A stretch of 62,030 bases of DNA, filler included, from Basidioascus undulatus (Eukaryota), in NCBI GenBank assembly GCA_000826855.1. It is 10 parts of 10 records of this genome, joined end to end, with 100 filler letters (N's around TTAATTAATTAA, not from the genome) between each part and the next. Parts side by side here need not be neighbours in the genome. Positions count along the whole stretch, not along the records: positions 1 to 6,135 come from JTLS01001802.1; positions 6,236 to 12,366 come from JTLS01001803.1; positions 12,467 to 18,593 come from JTLS01001804.1; 7 more parts are not named here. The stretch is one strand, 5' to 3'. Position numbers and translations under genes: made by a program. Below the pieces are notes generated by a model that did no database searches, was not told where the DNA came from, and saw only the letters and a program-made list of their open reading frames with translations. Each line of letters opens with the position of its first letter. The stretch's first letter is position 1. Positions 1 through 12,531 of this stretch are shown piece after piece.

Positions 1-1861
1 CTATGGTAACGAGCTGAAGGACGTATGCCATGCAGCAACCCCACCCTCTCCAGCATCTCCAGCTCTACTTCTACATCCACATCCAGATCTGCGTCCACCA
101 CCTGCCCGACAAGTCCCACTTCCTCAGGCTCGACCCCCATCCCCTTCAGCGCGCCCCGCACGCGCTCCTCGTCCCACCGCGCCCACACAACCTCCGACCG
201 TTCTGGTGGAGGAGGGGGGCGCGCGAAGACCTCCCGCGCCGCTTGAACGTGCTCGAGGTAGGCTTCGAGCGAACGCGGCGCCTGCGTCTTCGACCCGCGC
301 GAGAGGGAGATAATGTGTGTGGGGGTGGAGGAGAGGAGCGTCTCGATCGTGTGGTGCTGCCTACGGAAAGAAAGGGAGAGATAGTTGGCGGGGTGGGAGG
401 GGAAGGGCGGAAAGGAGAAAGGGTGGAGACGCACTGGATCGCTTTGAGCGCTTTCGCGGGGCCGAGCAGAGGGATCTTGGGCGCAAAGTCGGTCCCGCAG
501 AGGAGGGCAAAGTCAATCAACTGGAATTTGAAGAGGCGATGAGTAGGGGTTCCAGGCACGTTATTTGATGAGAGGTAGGTGTGCGCACTTGGGCGGGGGA
601 GAGGTCGAGCGAGCTCGCTAGTCGGGTGCCGTCGTAGACCTGGAAATCGCCCCAGCCTGACACCTGTCGGATGAGGCGGGCGCCGTAAACTGGCGGGGAG
701 AGAGCATATCAGCTGGTGCAAATACAAGGCAGGAGAGGGAGGAAACCCCACTAAGGACGTCCGAGTCCTCGCTCGCGACGTAGTCCGCCAAACCGGCGCA
801 TGCAATAGAAGCAGCGAGCGCCTCGCCCTCGTGCAGCCCCTCGACCTCAAACACAGGTACGCCGGCGGCCCTCAGCAGCGTGCGCGCCTGCTCGTACATG
901 TACGACCTCGGCGGCGCGCGGTCGTATATCGCAGCCGCATCCTCGGCCTTCTTCTGCAGCGCGTTGAAAGCGCGCATGTCGGACGCGGTGGGCGAGAGCG
1001 AGAGCGTCGAGAGAAAGGCGAGCTCGTCTGCCGCTACGGCCTTTTGGGTCGCCGTGTCCGGTACGGGGGCAACGGGCCGCGTGGAAGGGGCGGGAAGTTC
1101 TTCGGGAAAAGGTGGAACGGAAGGGAGGACGTGCGCGGCTTCGACGCTCAGGTAGATGGACGAGAGCGAAGTTCGCAGCTGATCGAATTCGGGCCCGAAT
1201 GCGCGTCCTTCCACATCGGGGGAAGGCGGTGAATGAGCCTGCGGAAGGCGCTCCCACTCGCCGGCCGCGACGGCGCGGAGCCTGTCCTTCCAGCCCTCGA
1301 GCTCGTCCACGATCGCCTGGCGCTGGTCAACTGGGAGCGCCAGCGCCTTCTGCACAGCGCCGCGCACGCTATCGATGCGCTCCACACGTGCCTCCTCGCG
1401 CCCGAGGCGCTCCTCGCTCATGGCGCGGCTGTGCGCACGCCGCTCGAGCTCGAGCCGCTTCTGCGGGAGACGCCCGGCGCCGTCGAAGACGGCTATGACG
1501 CGGACGTTGGCGCGCCGCGTATCGCTGAGGAGACGGAGGAAGCCGTTCAGGTGCTTGTGCGACTCATAAAGAGCGCCAAAATGGAAGCGTTGGACGAGAA
1601 GGTTGCCGTCTCTGTGAGCGAACGGGACGTTTGTTCAGCGTCGACGTCAGTTGCCATGCCGCTTTCGAGTGAAGGGAAGGGGAAACCGTGCAGCACGACA
1701 GTCGAGCCACTAATTTCCCTCCAGCGCCGAGAAAGACTCCGGATCAAATGTGGTCTGCGAATTCGACTTTAGCCTTCGAAATGGGCAGAACGAAGAGGAC
1801 ATTTGATTCGATCGACGGACGTGTTCTTCTGGAGGAATGGCGATAAACCAGTGACGCCCAT
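1..1861 (-). CDS. XPG/Rad2/FEN1-family (PIN-domain) 5' nuclease, multi-exon, runs off the window start
   Basis: Spliced translation gives MGVTGLSPFLQK...VVLDGNLLVQRFHF...VIAVFDG (XPG-N), HEGEALAASIACAGLADYVASEDSDVL (XPG-I) and IDFALLCGTDFAPKIPLLGPAKALK (H3TH). ATG at 1861. Confidence 0.9.
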
Positions 1862-4758
1862 GGCGCCGAGTGAGAGAGAAGTGAGCGACGCGGGAAGAAA
1901 GAGTTCGAAAAATGTCCGCAAAGGCAAAATAAGATATTTAGGAGGTGGGCATGGGGTGAGTGAGGGCGCGAAGCGAGATTGAGGGAAGGGACAAAGGAGG
2001 CACAAAGGGGCAGATGCCCAGGTCGTTCGAAGTTGTTTGGCGCTTTCGTGGGGGGTGAGCAACTCAGAGGCCCCGTTTTCAGATCTTCATATCATACCCT
2101 GCGAAAAAAATAGAAACATAGAAACATCAGTATGTAGGAGTGTTTAGTTGAGATGAAGGTTGTTCACGAGCCCGCCACTTGAAAGTCTCGCGCCGCGGGA
2201 CTGCTGATCACGTCTTGCCGCTCCTTTCCGCCGTTCATCCTTATTACATGCCCTCACCCGCTGATGGCGGTGCCGCGGGTGTGTCGGCTTGGCGGCCCGT
2301 TCGAAGAATTCTGACAAGTGCATTGTCGTTGGATGAAAAGAGCCGAAATGCATAGGGTGTCTTCGCTAAAGCGACGTTTTCAAGTCATTGCGTACAACGA
2401 ATACGCCCGAAGTCTCGTCGAGTTACTGTCGAAGGCAGTGTGGTCAGTTAGTATCAGCCGTTCTACTGAGCCGAGGAAGGTTTGACCTCCATGAATTGAA
2501 ATTGACATCTAATTGATAAGACCTAAATCGGCGTAGAGTCGGTGCGAATGCAGGCAGGCCTGCCCGAGAAACACAACCGAGTCTATCCTGTTACACGAAA
2601 TTTTCTGTCTATTAGCTTGTTCAAAGTAAAGTGTGCAAGTTCCTTGATGCGGAAAACGTCCCTTCACCGGCACAGTACCAGCTCCTCGTTGAAGCCTAAA
2701 CGGTTCCGTTTCATCAATGACAGTTCCGTAGGTCTTGGAGTCCTTGAAAAGGATCACGGCGATGACGGTGGCCACCGCGAGCTAAGCTACGGACGTGCTT
2801 CGCCTCACTTCTATGCCTGCCTCCAACGCCTCGCTACATAGCCAGTCCCACAGTGAACCAGTTCCGTCCGTAGCCCCAGTTATTCCTTTACAGTAGGAGT
2901 GCTCTCTCCCGCAGGTTTGACAGGCTTGTCCTTCCCTGGGGCTCCATTTGGTCTGAGAGCGGGGTCCAGCGGAACGGCAATCTCTCCCCTCTTCGACGGG
3001 TTGATCGCTGTCCAGTCACGTCCTCAATCAGCACCAGGGACCCCTCTTATGCCCGAATGAAATATAAGAATATACTGTAATACAAAGCCCCGAGCATCAC
3101 AGCTCCTCCCAGCGCCGCAGCCATCATCTGGAACGGAGTCAACCCTAACAGACTCCTTGATCAACGACTAAGTCGGCGGAGGAACTATCATCGCGATTCA
3201 TAAGAGGACATACCTGCAGCAGATACGGTGGCTGGATTCCTGTTCCGCTTGGGATCCTCGAAGATAGCGTAACCACGACCGAGCACGGCTCTATCAGGCG
3301 CTGATCGGGCCAGACGAGCACGTTGTAAGGCGGGTCGATGGCGGTACATGGTGACTTCGGCAATAATTTGATGGTTAATGGGCCTCATGGTGGTGCTGTT
3401 CTCTGCAGGTTCGCCGACCACCCTGAAGAGCGGCACACGAGCGCGAGCTGAAAGTCTGTACGCACATTGCATCGTCATCCCTTAAAGCTTGGATGCCGCA
3501 ACGCAGCCTCCTTTGGTGGTGGTCTCCTTTGATTACTGAGCTGCAGCCCACCAATTTACTATAAACAAAATACATATCTTCTCATGTCGCCCAACCTCAC
3601 TCGAAGTGTCCGCTTCCTCGCGTGTCGACAGTCCAGCTATCGACTCCAGCCAATGTGCAGGAGAACGGAGCAGGTATGGCTGATACTGCGGATTCGAGAG
3701 TGAACCCATATTAGAGGTTCTTATGCAAGTTAAATATCTCTTTAAAGATCAGAACCTATGCGGCCCCTGAAGCTCCCCGGGCGCTGCGCGAAGACCCGAC
3801 CGGCGAGCGGACGGGGATGTTTCTCAAGCTGGCGGCAATAGCGACCGCAGCCGTGCGTCCCGTCTTCCCCCCACCACGCTAAATGACCTTTGGTTGATAA
3901 AGTTGGATGACCTCATTGGGTATAGGGTGCCCTTTTCCTCATGGTCGAGAGGAGGGAGGAGAAGAAGGGGGAGCGGCGGCTCATGGGCAAGGACGTCCGG
4001 CACGAGGCTCTTCCGCTGCGGCAGGATCCGTCCGTCGCCGGGATCGAGGAACGAAAGCCGGGCGACATTAACGCGAAGATCGAGAAGGGGGAGAAGTGAG
4101 GGATGGGAGAGCGTCGGTTATGTGGTCTAGGATATCATATCGTGGTCCGTCTTCTCATTCAGCGCCCAAGCTGGCCAGGATCGCGTTTAGTGCGTCCCGA
4201 GTTTGACCTCACCTTGAGTTATCTTAATGTGGTACAAGCAAGCAAACGACATTCCGCTTTCTCGAGACCCAATATCGAAGGGAAACGGCGCGACCTCACT
4301 CACCAGGCGCAGCAGCGCTGGCGTGTCCGTAACAATGCATGTCCTTAAAAGGAAAAGCACCGTGTCTGGCCGGTGACAGATACCTCGAAAGAAGTGTCGT
4401 AACACGGAAAGGCGAGCGGCAGCTAGCCAGGCTCAATCTCCCCTCACCACCGCCACCACGGCCAAACATCGATGGCATGCCATGCGTCAATGCGTGACTT
4501 CAGATTCAAATTTCACAGTTCACTTCAGTCAAAACAAAACAGAAGCCGAAAACCAAGGCGCCCATGTGTGCGTGCGACCCATCGTCCGAGTAGAACGAAA
4601 GAAAACGAACAAAGAGAAACCGACAAAGCAAGGAGAGAGGAGCGGAAATTAGGTATCATGGTCGTGACAGTAAGAGTGGAGCGCAAAGAAGGAAAGAAGG
4701 GGAAGCATGTGAATAGCGATGCGTGGAAGAGGAAGGAGAGGAGCGCAGAAGATCACGC

Positions 4759-6135
4759 CTACTCGGCAGCGGAATCGTCCTTGTCCGTCGCGGAGTCGTT
4801 GCTCGTCGCGGGCGAGGAGGACGCCGGGGGCGCGGGGATCTTGAAGTGGGCGCGGACCTGGAGGGTGAATGCACAGGTGGGGGGCGTCAAATTGGAGCTC
4901 GGCGAATCGGAAATAGTGAAGATGGCAGAAGGGGGGAAGGGAATGTGGACAACAGGTCACGAACCTTCTCAAATTCCTTGAGCATCTTCCGGCGCGCGCC
5001 GACAGCAGCGACGCCCTTGGCCTCGAGCGCCGCGTCGTCCATGACGACCATGTCCTGCCACTTTGAGCCCTCAAAGTTGGGCGTGTACTTGTGCAGGCGG
5101 AGCGCGCGGAGCCTGTGCCCGTCCATCCCGTTTGCATGTCAATAGTCGATCCCAGGAGAAGAAGGGAAAGACGGCGGAGTGGAGAAGAAGAAAGGCGAAC
5201 CAACGCACCAAGCCGGCACGTCCTTGAGCAGGCGCTCATCCACCTCGTCCTCGCCACCTCCCGGCCTGCTCGGGCTCGCCCCGCCAAGCTTAGCGGGGCT
5301 CCTCTTCGGTGCCGGTCCGATCCCGCCTCCCAAGCCGACGCCGCCACCAAACATGCCGCCCATGCCCATGCCCATCCCGCCAAAGCCGCCCATGCCCATC
5401 GCGCCTAGCCCCGCGAGGCCGTTCGCGCCCTGCGCGCCGAAGCCGCCGCCGACGCCCCCGCTGCGGAGGCCGCCGCCGGCGGCAGCGCGCTGCTGGTTCG
5501 CCGCGGCGAGGACGGCCTGCTGCTGCTGAAGGAGCTGGAGCTGCTGCTGCTGCGCCTGGAGCTGCATCGCGAGCAGCGGGTTGTTGGCGCTCAAGAGCGC
5601 GAGGTTCGGCGAGCCCATGCCGAGCCCGCTCAGGCTCGCGAGGTCCATCTGCCCGCCGAGCCCGTTGCCGTTGCTGTTGCTGTTGAGGTCGTCGAACCGG
5701 CCCTGCGCGGCCAGAGGGCTGTTGCGCTGCGCCCAGCCCTGCGCGGCAGCCGCGCCTTGGAACCCGCTCGGCGAGCGCTGCTGGTCCTCGTTGGCGTACA
5801 TGCCCGAGAGCGCCCCGCCCGAGACGCCGTTGTTCTTGCTCTGCCTGCGGAACTTGCGCGCGTCGTCGAGGCGGATGTTGGACGACGCGCCGGCGCCGGC
5901 GCCCGGCCAGTTGGCGAGCTCGGCCGACGCACCGTCGAGGCGCGCCTGGTCGGCCGCATTCGGGCCGGGCGCAAACATCGGGATGAGCGGCGTGTTGACC
6001 ATCGACGCCCAGTTGCCCGAGGACGGCAGGGGCGAGAGCTGCTGGTCGACCGCCGCGGCCGTGCCGGCGAGGTCGAAGTCACCAGGGCCCATGCTCGTGC
6101 GGTGGAGCGGGCTGGGGCTACCCGTGGCGAGGACG
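4759..6135 (-). CDS. VTS1: Vts1/Smaug SAM-domain RNA-binding protein, 5'-truncated
   Basis: [56 protein letters not shown] matches the Vts1 SAM domain. Upstream [14 protein letters not shown] motif and a Q/G-rich linker. Stop TAG at 4759. Confidence 0.92.
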
Positions 6136-6235
6136 NNNNNNNNNNNNNNNNNNNNNNNNNNNNNNNNNNNNNNNNNNNNTTAATTAATTAANNNNNNNNN
6201 NNNNNNNNNNNNNNNNNNNNNNNNNNNNNNNNNNN
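6136..6235. other. Artificial contig spacer (44 N + TTAATTAATTAA + 44 N), first of nine
   Basis: Identical spacers at 6136-6235, 12367-12466, 18594-18693, 24818-24917, 31036-31135, 37251-37350, 43440-43539, 49631-49730 and 55833-55932. The 12-mer has stop codons in all six frames. Confidence 0.99.
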
Positions 6236-9200
6236 CCCCTCCCACCCTCGACGTACTTAAATCCTCTGGTGAAGAAATTAAATTTTCAGTAGGCTGTTTA
6301 TCTTTTGGCATGGTAGGGATGTCTGAGCCTGCTTCCACTGCAAAGGACATGTTGGTTTGAACGCCGGGATTATGCAATTTCATTTATGTTGAAGTGTGGC
6401 CCATGTTTTGAAAAGCTGCCTGTTGCTCTTATCAAAGCCGATTCGTACGCGGCAGTGGTATTGGCACTCATTTCAGGCCTAATACATATAACTAGATCCT
6501 GTTTGGACCTCATCTGCCCTCTCGCGCACCTCTGACCGCGCTGCGTTCTCACCGAGAGCGCCTTGAGTCGGCGTACGCCCTGGCCACACTCGTTACTGTT
6601 GTGCCCATTCTCTACCCATTCCCCGTTGGTCTCTTCCCCCCTATTCAGTTCGCAGCCATATTGGCATGAGTAGTGTTTGAGTCGTTAGGCTCACTGCATG
6701 CATGCGTCCTGGTCGGCCCCAAGTCACTTCCCTGCAAACCTTGTACTCACTTACCGTGGCTCTCCAAGTTCCATTAGAATCTTGAGGGCCCGCCCGGCAA
6801 TCCTTCCTCCTGCTCCTATTCCGAAACGTCCACAGGACGAAGACAAGGTGGCACGCCCAGTGGGGTACGAGCGACTACAGCTTGGAAAGAGAGTTGAAAT
6901 TGTCGAAATCTCCTCGTTCAAGTTTACTAGCCATGAATGCTGTGTTGATATCGTAATACACAGCACTTCACTCTATCAGGATGAACCGAAAGTATGTCCC
7001 CCCTGTTGAAGCCCCTTATTCCCTGATACCCACCACAAGCCTTCTCGGCCGCTTTCGCTTCCAATTGCAAGCACGATGGGAGCTGGCCTTTGGCCTCAAC
7101 CTGTCCAACTTGTGAGCACATTGAGGCTTTGAACGATTCGGTCCGTATATTCTTTGTAATTTTGAGGTATTGTGATGAAGCCAATAGCACGAGGGCAAAG
7201 GCGCGTCTCTCAGCTGCAGTTCGTACGTTCATCGACAGCTCCGTCGAGGCAGTCCCCGGGCCTTGAATTCAGACTACAGGCTGCTACGTGCCGTGCACTG
7301 CGGCGCCTTGACTTGAACAACCTTGAATTAAATTGTGGCACGACATGGCTATGCGGTTGGTTTCAATCGGAGTCGCGCTGCACTTCGTACAGCGGCACAT
7401 GTGAACGAAGTGTTGTTTTGCGATGCTCGCCTGTCGGAGTGGTAATTATCTGGTAACACTCAGGCTCTCCTCTCTTCCCCTTCTGCGCCGTTGTCCAACT
7501 TCAGGTACCAACAGGGCATCCTTTATCAGGCAAGCACTGTCCCTGTCACTCTTTGTTGAGTGCATGTCGCTAACTGCATCTCAAAAACATTGTTTCGAAT
7601 GCCTAATCTCATCATGAGCCCACTCACACTCCTTCCACGCACCCCCTCGGCGGCGGCAGCGACGCCGACATCAACGTTGAGCGAAGCGCGCCGTGGTTTA
7701 AAACGATAAGACTTCTGCGACCGTGCTCACTGCGACGTCAAAGGTCCACGACAAACGAGGCGCCTTCCATCCTTTGCACAGAAGTGAAGGTGCGCCGGGG
7801 GTACTCCTTCCTCCAACAATCCTTCTGTCGCTCATGCCCACCAAGGAGCTCGCGAAGGACGACCCGAAGTCGAGCGACGAGGGTTCACAGATCGGCAAGC
7901 GTGGCGCGATCTACCGCGTTCCTACGAAGGTGTTCTTTCATGTGCGTTTACCCTCCTATCATTACTTTTCTCGCGACCCTTAGCATTCTTACTATTCTTC
8001 GCAGCTATTCCCCTTCCTTCCGCCCTCCTCCCTCCTTGCGCTGTCGGCTTGCAACAAGTGGCTCCGCGAGCTACTCGGCTCGCTCACATACCTTCCCGCT
8101 TTCGAATGTCTACATCGACAGCCGTGGCCTGGCCCTGCCCTCTCTTCGCCCCTCGTCGTTTGTTCGAGCTTGAGAAACCGGTTTCGCCAGAAACTGAGGG
8201 AGCGCTCGGAAGGCTCCCGCCTATGATGAGGCGCGCAAGCACCATGCTCGAGAAGAGCAGCGCTTCTTCGAGTGGCGGGAGCAAGAGCGGGCGCTCGTCA
8301 CCGCGCGTTTAAATAGTCTTGTCTCCCGTACCTTCCGGCCCTCAGGTCGAGTCTTTCGCTCGAGGAGCGGGCGGCGTTCCCGCCGGAGATCGACGTCGTT
8401 AGCCTCTCTACGTCCAGGCTGCTCTTGAGCAACGAGGGCGGCGACACGCCCAAGAAGCACAAGAAAATGCTCAGGGATAAGAGGGCCGATTTTCTGGAGC
8501 AGATTGGGACTGGCGGGCAGGCGTGGAGGCGAAGCTGATTGCGCTCTTGGAGCCGCATGCGAAGGTCAAAGGGGGAAGGGGTTCATTGTCTTTCTTATCT
8601 CCGCATGTCCCAGTATCTCCAGTGCATCATCCGGAGGAACGTGATTGCGATCAGATTTGCCTACACTGATGTGGGGTCGTGCTGCAGAGCGAGCAGTAGC
8701 CTTCTTCCGTCGGAAAGGATTCGCTGGAGTTGAGTACCTCTCTCTGCACCTACCCGTCCATCCTTCGCCTCCGCACACCACCCACCACCAGTACCTCCCC
8801 GAAAGCCTTCTAGCCTTCAAACTGTCGCGCTTAGAATTCGCGGCCGATGCAAGCCGTTTCTTCGCCGTAGCCGCGTGAGCCGCCGGGCGGGATCCCGCGT
8901 GCGTTAGCTGGGAGCAGCTGGAGAAGCTTGGGCCGAGGTGGGGGTGCAAGACGTGCGGGTCGCAGCAGACATTAACCATCAGGAAATTGGCATGTTTATT
9001 CTTATTTTACCCCGTTGCCTTTGGACAGCTGACATTCTTCCACAAAGAGGAGCACTGCACGTTGTGGTGGCGATCGGCGGAAGAACAGCGTCGCGGTGCC
9101 GGCGATGGCCGTCGCGGCGAGGCTGACATAGACCGGTCGCAGTCCTCGCAGTTGTAGACCCCTCATTCTAGCGACAGAGGGTAGGGAGCGAGCAAGTTAG

Positions 9201-10486
9201 TCTCGAGGAGGAAGAGAAGTCGCGAGCTCGACGTCGCGCCGGCACCTCATTCAGGGAGATGAAGACTCCAGTAACTACCTAGGTACCCCGCTCCCGCACT
9301 TTCTGATCAACCTTCAAAGCCGAGGCCCCAAAGTATTTTCTTCTTGGAAGCGATTGTGAACGGGAATGGGAGACGGCACCAGACGTGCAACTAGACATGA
9401 CGGAGGGACTGCCAGGCAGGCGCCAGGAGCGCCACAGGCACATTATGATCAGCTTTCAAACTTCGACGTTTTCGATGCTTATTGACCCCGGACCCGAGCT
9501 GCGCGAATCCGTATACCGGAATGATGAATTGGCAAGGTTGAGTCGTCATTTGAGGGTCGCTGCATGGGCGTCGTAAAGATTCAGGATGGTCAACGACGAG
9601 GAGGCGTTGAGAGAGTGTCGGCTGGAGCGGGCACGAGTGACCCTTATGCTAGCCATTGATGAGATTTCTGAATTTTTTTGTTTGGTAGTAATCTCACTTT
9701 AGGCATTGAACTAGATGATATACGATCACAACTATACAAGCAATCGGCGGTCGCGTAGTGCTGTGCGCTTGGCGCGCTCAGAGGCACAATCCGCAATGAG
9801 CACCGAGGGCCTTTGAGCACGGACCATCTGTATGGAAGACATCCACACGAGTATAAAACGCTTTGCCGGATCTTTCATGTTGGTAATAAGGCAGAAACCA
9901 CAATACTGAGCTTGGAGGAAGACGGGCTGTCGAAGCGGCGCAGCGAGAAGACCCGCGGTGTGGAGAGTCTCGACCGAGCTTTTTGCAACAGGAACCCAGA
10001 GTGAGTATTGGCCCTATTAGCTGCTTGTTAAGATTCTCTTACATTTCAGTGATGGTCACAATAGAAAAGGCAAGACAAATGGGCCTGCTGGTCTGCTGAA
10101 AGGGCGCAGACGAGCAGTCTGCGGCAGCTCGTGCTGGTCTGTGCCCTTGCCGACCACACTACCCGTGAGTGCTCTGAAGATCTCGCCTGACAGAAGATAT
10201 TATGGCTTACTGCCAGATTCAATCCACCTGTCGATCAGCTCGGGAGGACGTACTTAGCAAGCGGTGCACTGCGCTGCTTTCAGGATATCGATGTCTTGCC
10301 TTCCGATTCGAGCGTGGGAATCCGCGTCGCCGGTCGCAAGGGCTCGAGAGCGCCTGAGCAGCTCGCGTCTTCAACTGCTCCTCCCACTCCACCATCAGCG
10401 CTCGTCGTTATCTGTCCAATCTATAACCCCCCCAGTCCCCCAATTTTATCGAAACCCGGCCCACACGCACCTCGGACCGGCCCGGC

Positions 10487-12366
10487 ATGTCCGCGGCGCG
10501 CGAAACGAACGCGCTGCTGGCGTGGGTGAACAGCTACAGCGCTGTGCTGGAGCAGACCAACGACGGCGAGAGCGTCAAGCAGCTTGCGACGCTTGCGGAT
10601 GGACGCATTCTGTGGGGGATATTGACCGACGTGTCCGTACTCTGATTATTGTCTTCTTCTCTTTGCCCACGCAGCGAGGCACTGAACGCCCATGGTGTCC
10701 GCCCCCGCAGCGACCCCGAGCACTTCCCCTCCCCCTCCGCGCCCCCGCCGACCTCGTCCTTCACGACGCGCCTGCAAACTCTGACGCGCCTCCAGGCGTC
10801 GCTTACGTCCCTCCTCCCGACCCTCCCCCCGCTCAACCTCTCCCTCCTCGCGTCCACCACGCCCGCGTCCTCCGCAGGCTCGGACGACGAGCTCCGCCGC
10901 CTCGTCAAGCACGTCCTCATCGCCGCTGTCAAGGGCTCGGGCGGCGCGGGGGTCGTCGCGGGCATTGGCGCTCTCGGGGAGGACGTCGGCGCGGGGCTCA
11001 TGAGCGCTATTCGGCCGGTGAGTGCGGGAGATGGAGGGTAAGAGAGAGGAGAATCCTGAGGCTGGGTTGGGGCGGTGACGATAGGTCATGCAGCAGATTG
11101 AGGAGCCCGATGAGCCACCAACACAGCAGGCGGCACGCGGCGCCGGCGTGGGCAAGTACGTCCCTGCTACTGCATACTTCCCGTTCCTCCTTCACCGTCC
11201 TGACAAACCACGACCTTCAAGCGACGACGAGTACTACGCGCTACTCTCCTCTCACCGCGCTACACTGCGCGACAAAGAGACGCTCGAATCAGTGTACCAA
11301 GCCCTGCTAGACGAGCACCGTTCCCTGCGCGCCGAGCTCGTTTGTCCCCTCCCCCCCTTCCCCTCCTCCTCACCCACTGAGCCCTCTCCCTATACCCCAC
11401 AGGACGACTCCCACGCCGCGCGCCAAGCCCTCCAGGACGAGCTGCAATCGCGCGCGTTCTCCCGCCGCGCGGCGGGAGACTCGGGTGCGGGAGCCGAGGA
11501 GGACGAGGTGGCGGAGGGGATGCGCGCGGAGATCGGCCGGCTCAGGGACGAGCTGCAGAAGAGCGAAGACGGGCTGGCGGAGGCGGAGGCGGTCGTGGAG
11601 AGGCAGACGGGGCTCATTGAGGATCTGACGCGGAAGGTGCGTCGGTGGATGGGAGAGAGACGGGAAGCCAGAAGGTAAGGCTGACTGGGAGGGGATTATC
11701 GACAGGTCGACGATTTGCAAAGTCGGGCGGCGGAGGCGACGAGGTTGAAGGACCAGCTCGTCAGTTTTACTTTCCCCTTCATTAGTAGTTCCCGCTTTCT
11801 ACTTTCATGCCTTCTTTCTGCATCGCTTCCCCCTTCTCGCACCCTCATTCTTCCCCCCTCATCACACTGCGAGCGCGTACTGACCTCCAATGCGCTGCGG
11901 GTGGGTGGCAGGACGAGTACAAGCACGCCGCGTCCAAGCTTCAAAAGACCGAGAACGTGATCGAGAAATACAAGCGCAAGCTGGAGGAAAGTGCCGATCT
12001 CCGGCGGCAGCTGAAGGTGCGTTTATCTATTTCTCGTTGTCCGCCTCCTCTTCCGTGTCTTCCTCTGACGATGAGCCTTCACCCCCCAGACCCTCGAGGA
12101 TCAAAACGCCTCGCTCGTCGACCTCAACGCCTCTCTCGAAGCATCCAACAAGACGCTCTCCTCCTCCAAGCCGCTGCTCGAATCCTACCGCACGCAAGTC
12201 TCGACGCTAGAATCGCGCCTCGCCGCGCGGGCCAAAGAGTCGCAAGAAGCGTCCTTCGAAGCCGCGCAGCTCAAGGCGGCGCTGCAGGCGGCGGAGGAGG
12301 AGCGCGAGAAGGCGGGTCGGGAGCTGGGCGGGGGTCGGGGTGGGGAGATGGTGGGCTAGCAGGAGC
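10487..12366 (+). CDS. Hook-family dynein/kinesin adaptor (Hok1/HookA-like), 3'-truncated
   Basis: N-terminal Hook domain ALLAWVNSY...VKQLATLADGRILWGIL, then coiled coil with DEYKHAASKLQKTENVIEKYKRKLEESADLRRQLK|TLEDQNASLVDLNA. Confidence 0.88.
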
Positions 12367-12531
12367 NNNNNNNNNNNNNNNNNNNNNNNNNNNNNNNNNN
12401 NNNNNNNNNNTTAATTAATTAANNNNNNNNNNNNNNNNNNNNNNNNNNNNNNNNNNNNNNNNNNNNCAGTGTCCGCCTCCCCCGCTCCTCAAAAACTAGA
12501 TCAGCCTCCTCCGCCAACCCCCCCTTCACAG

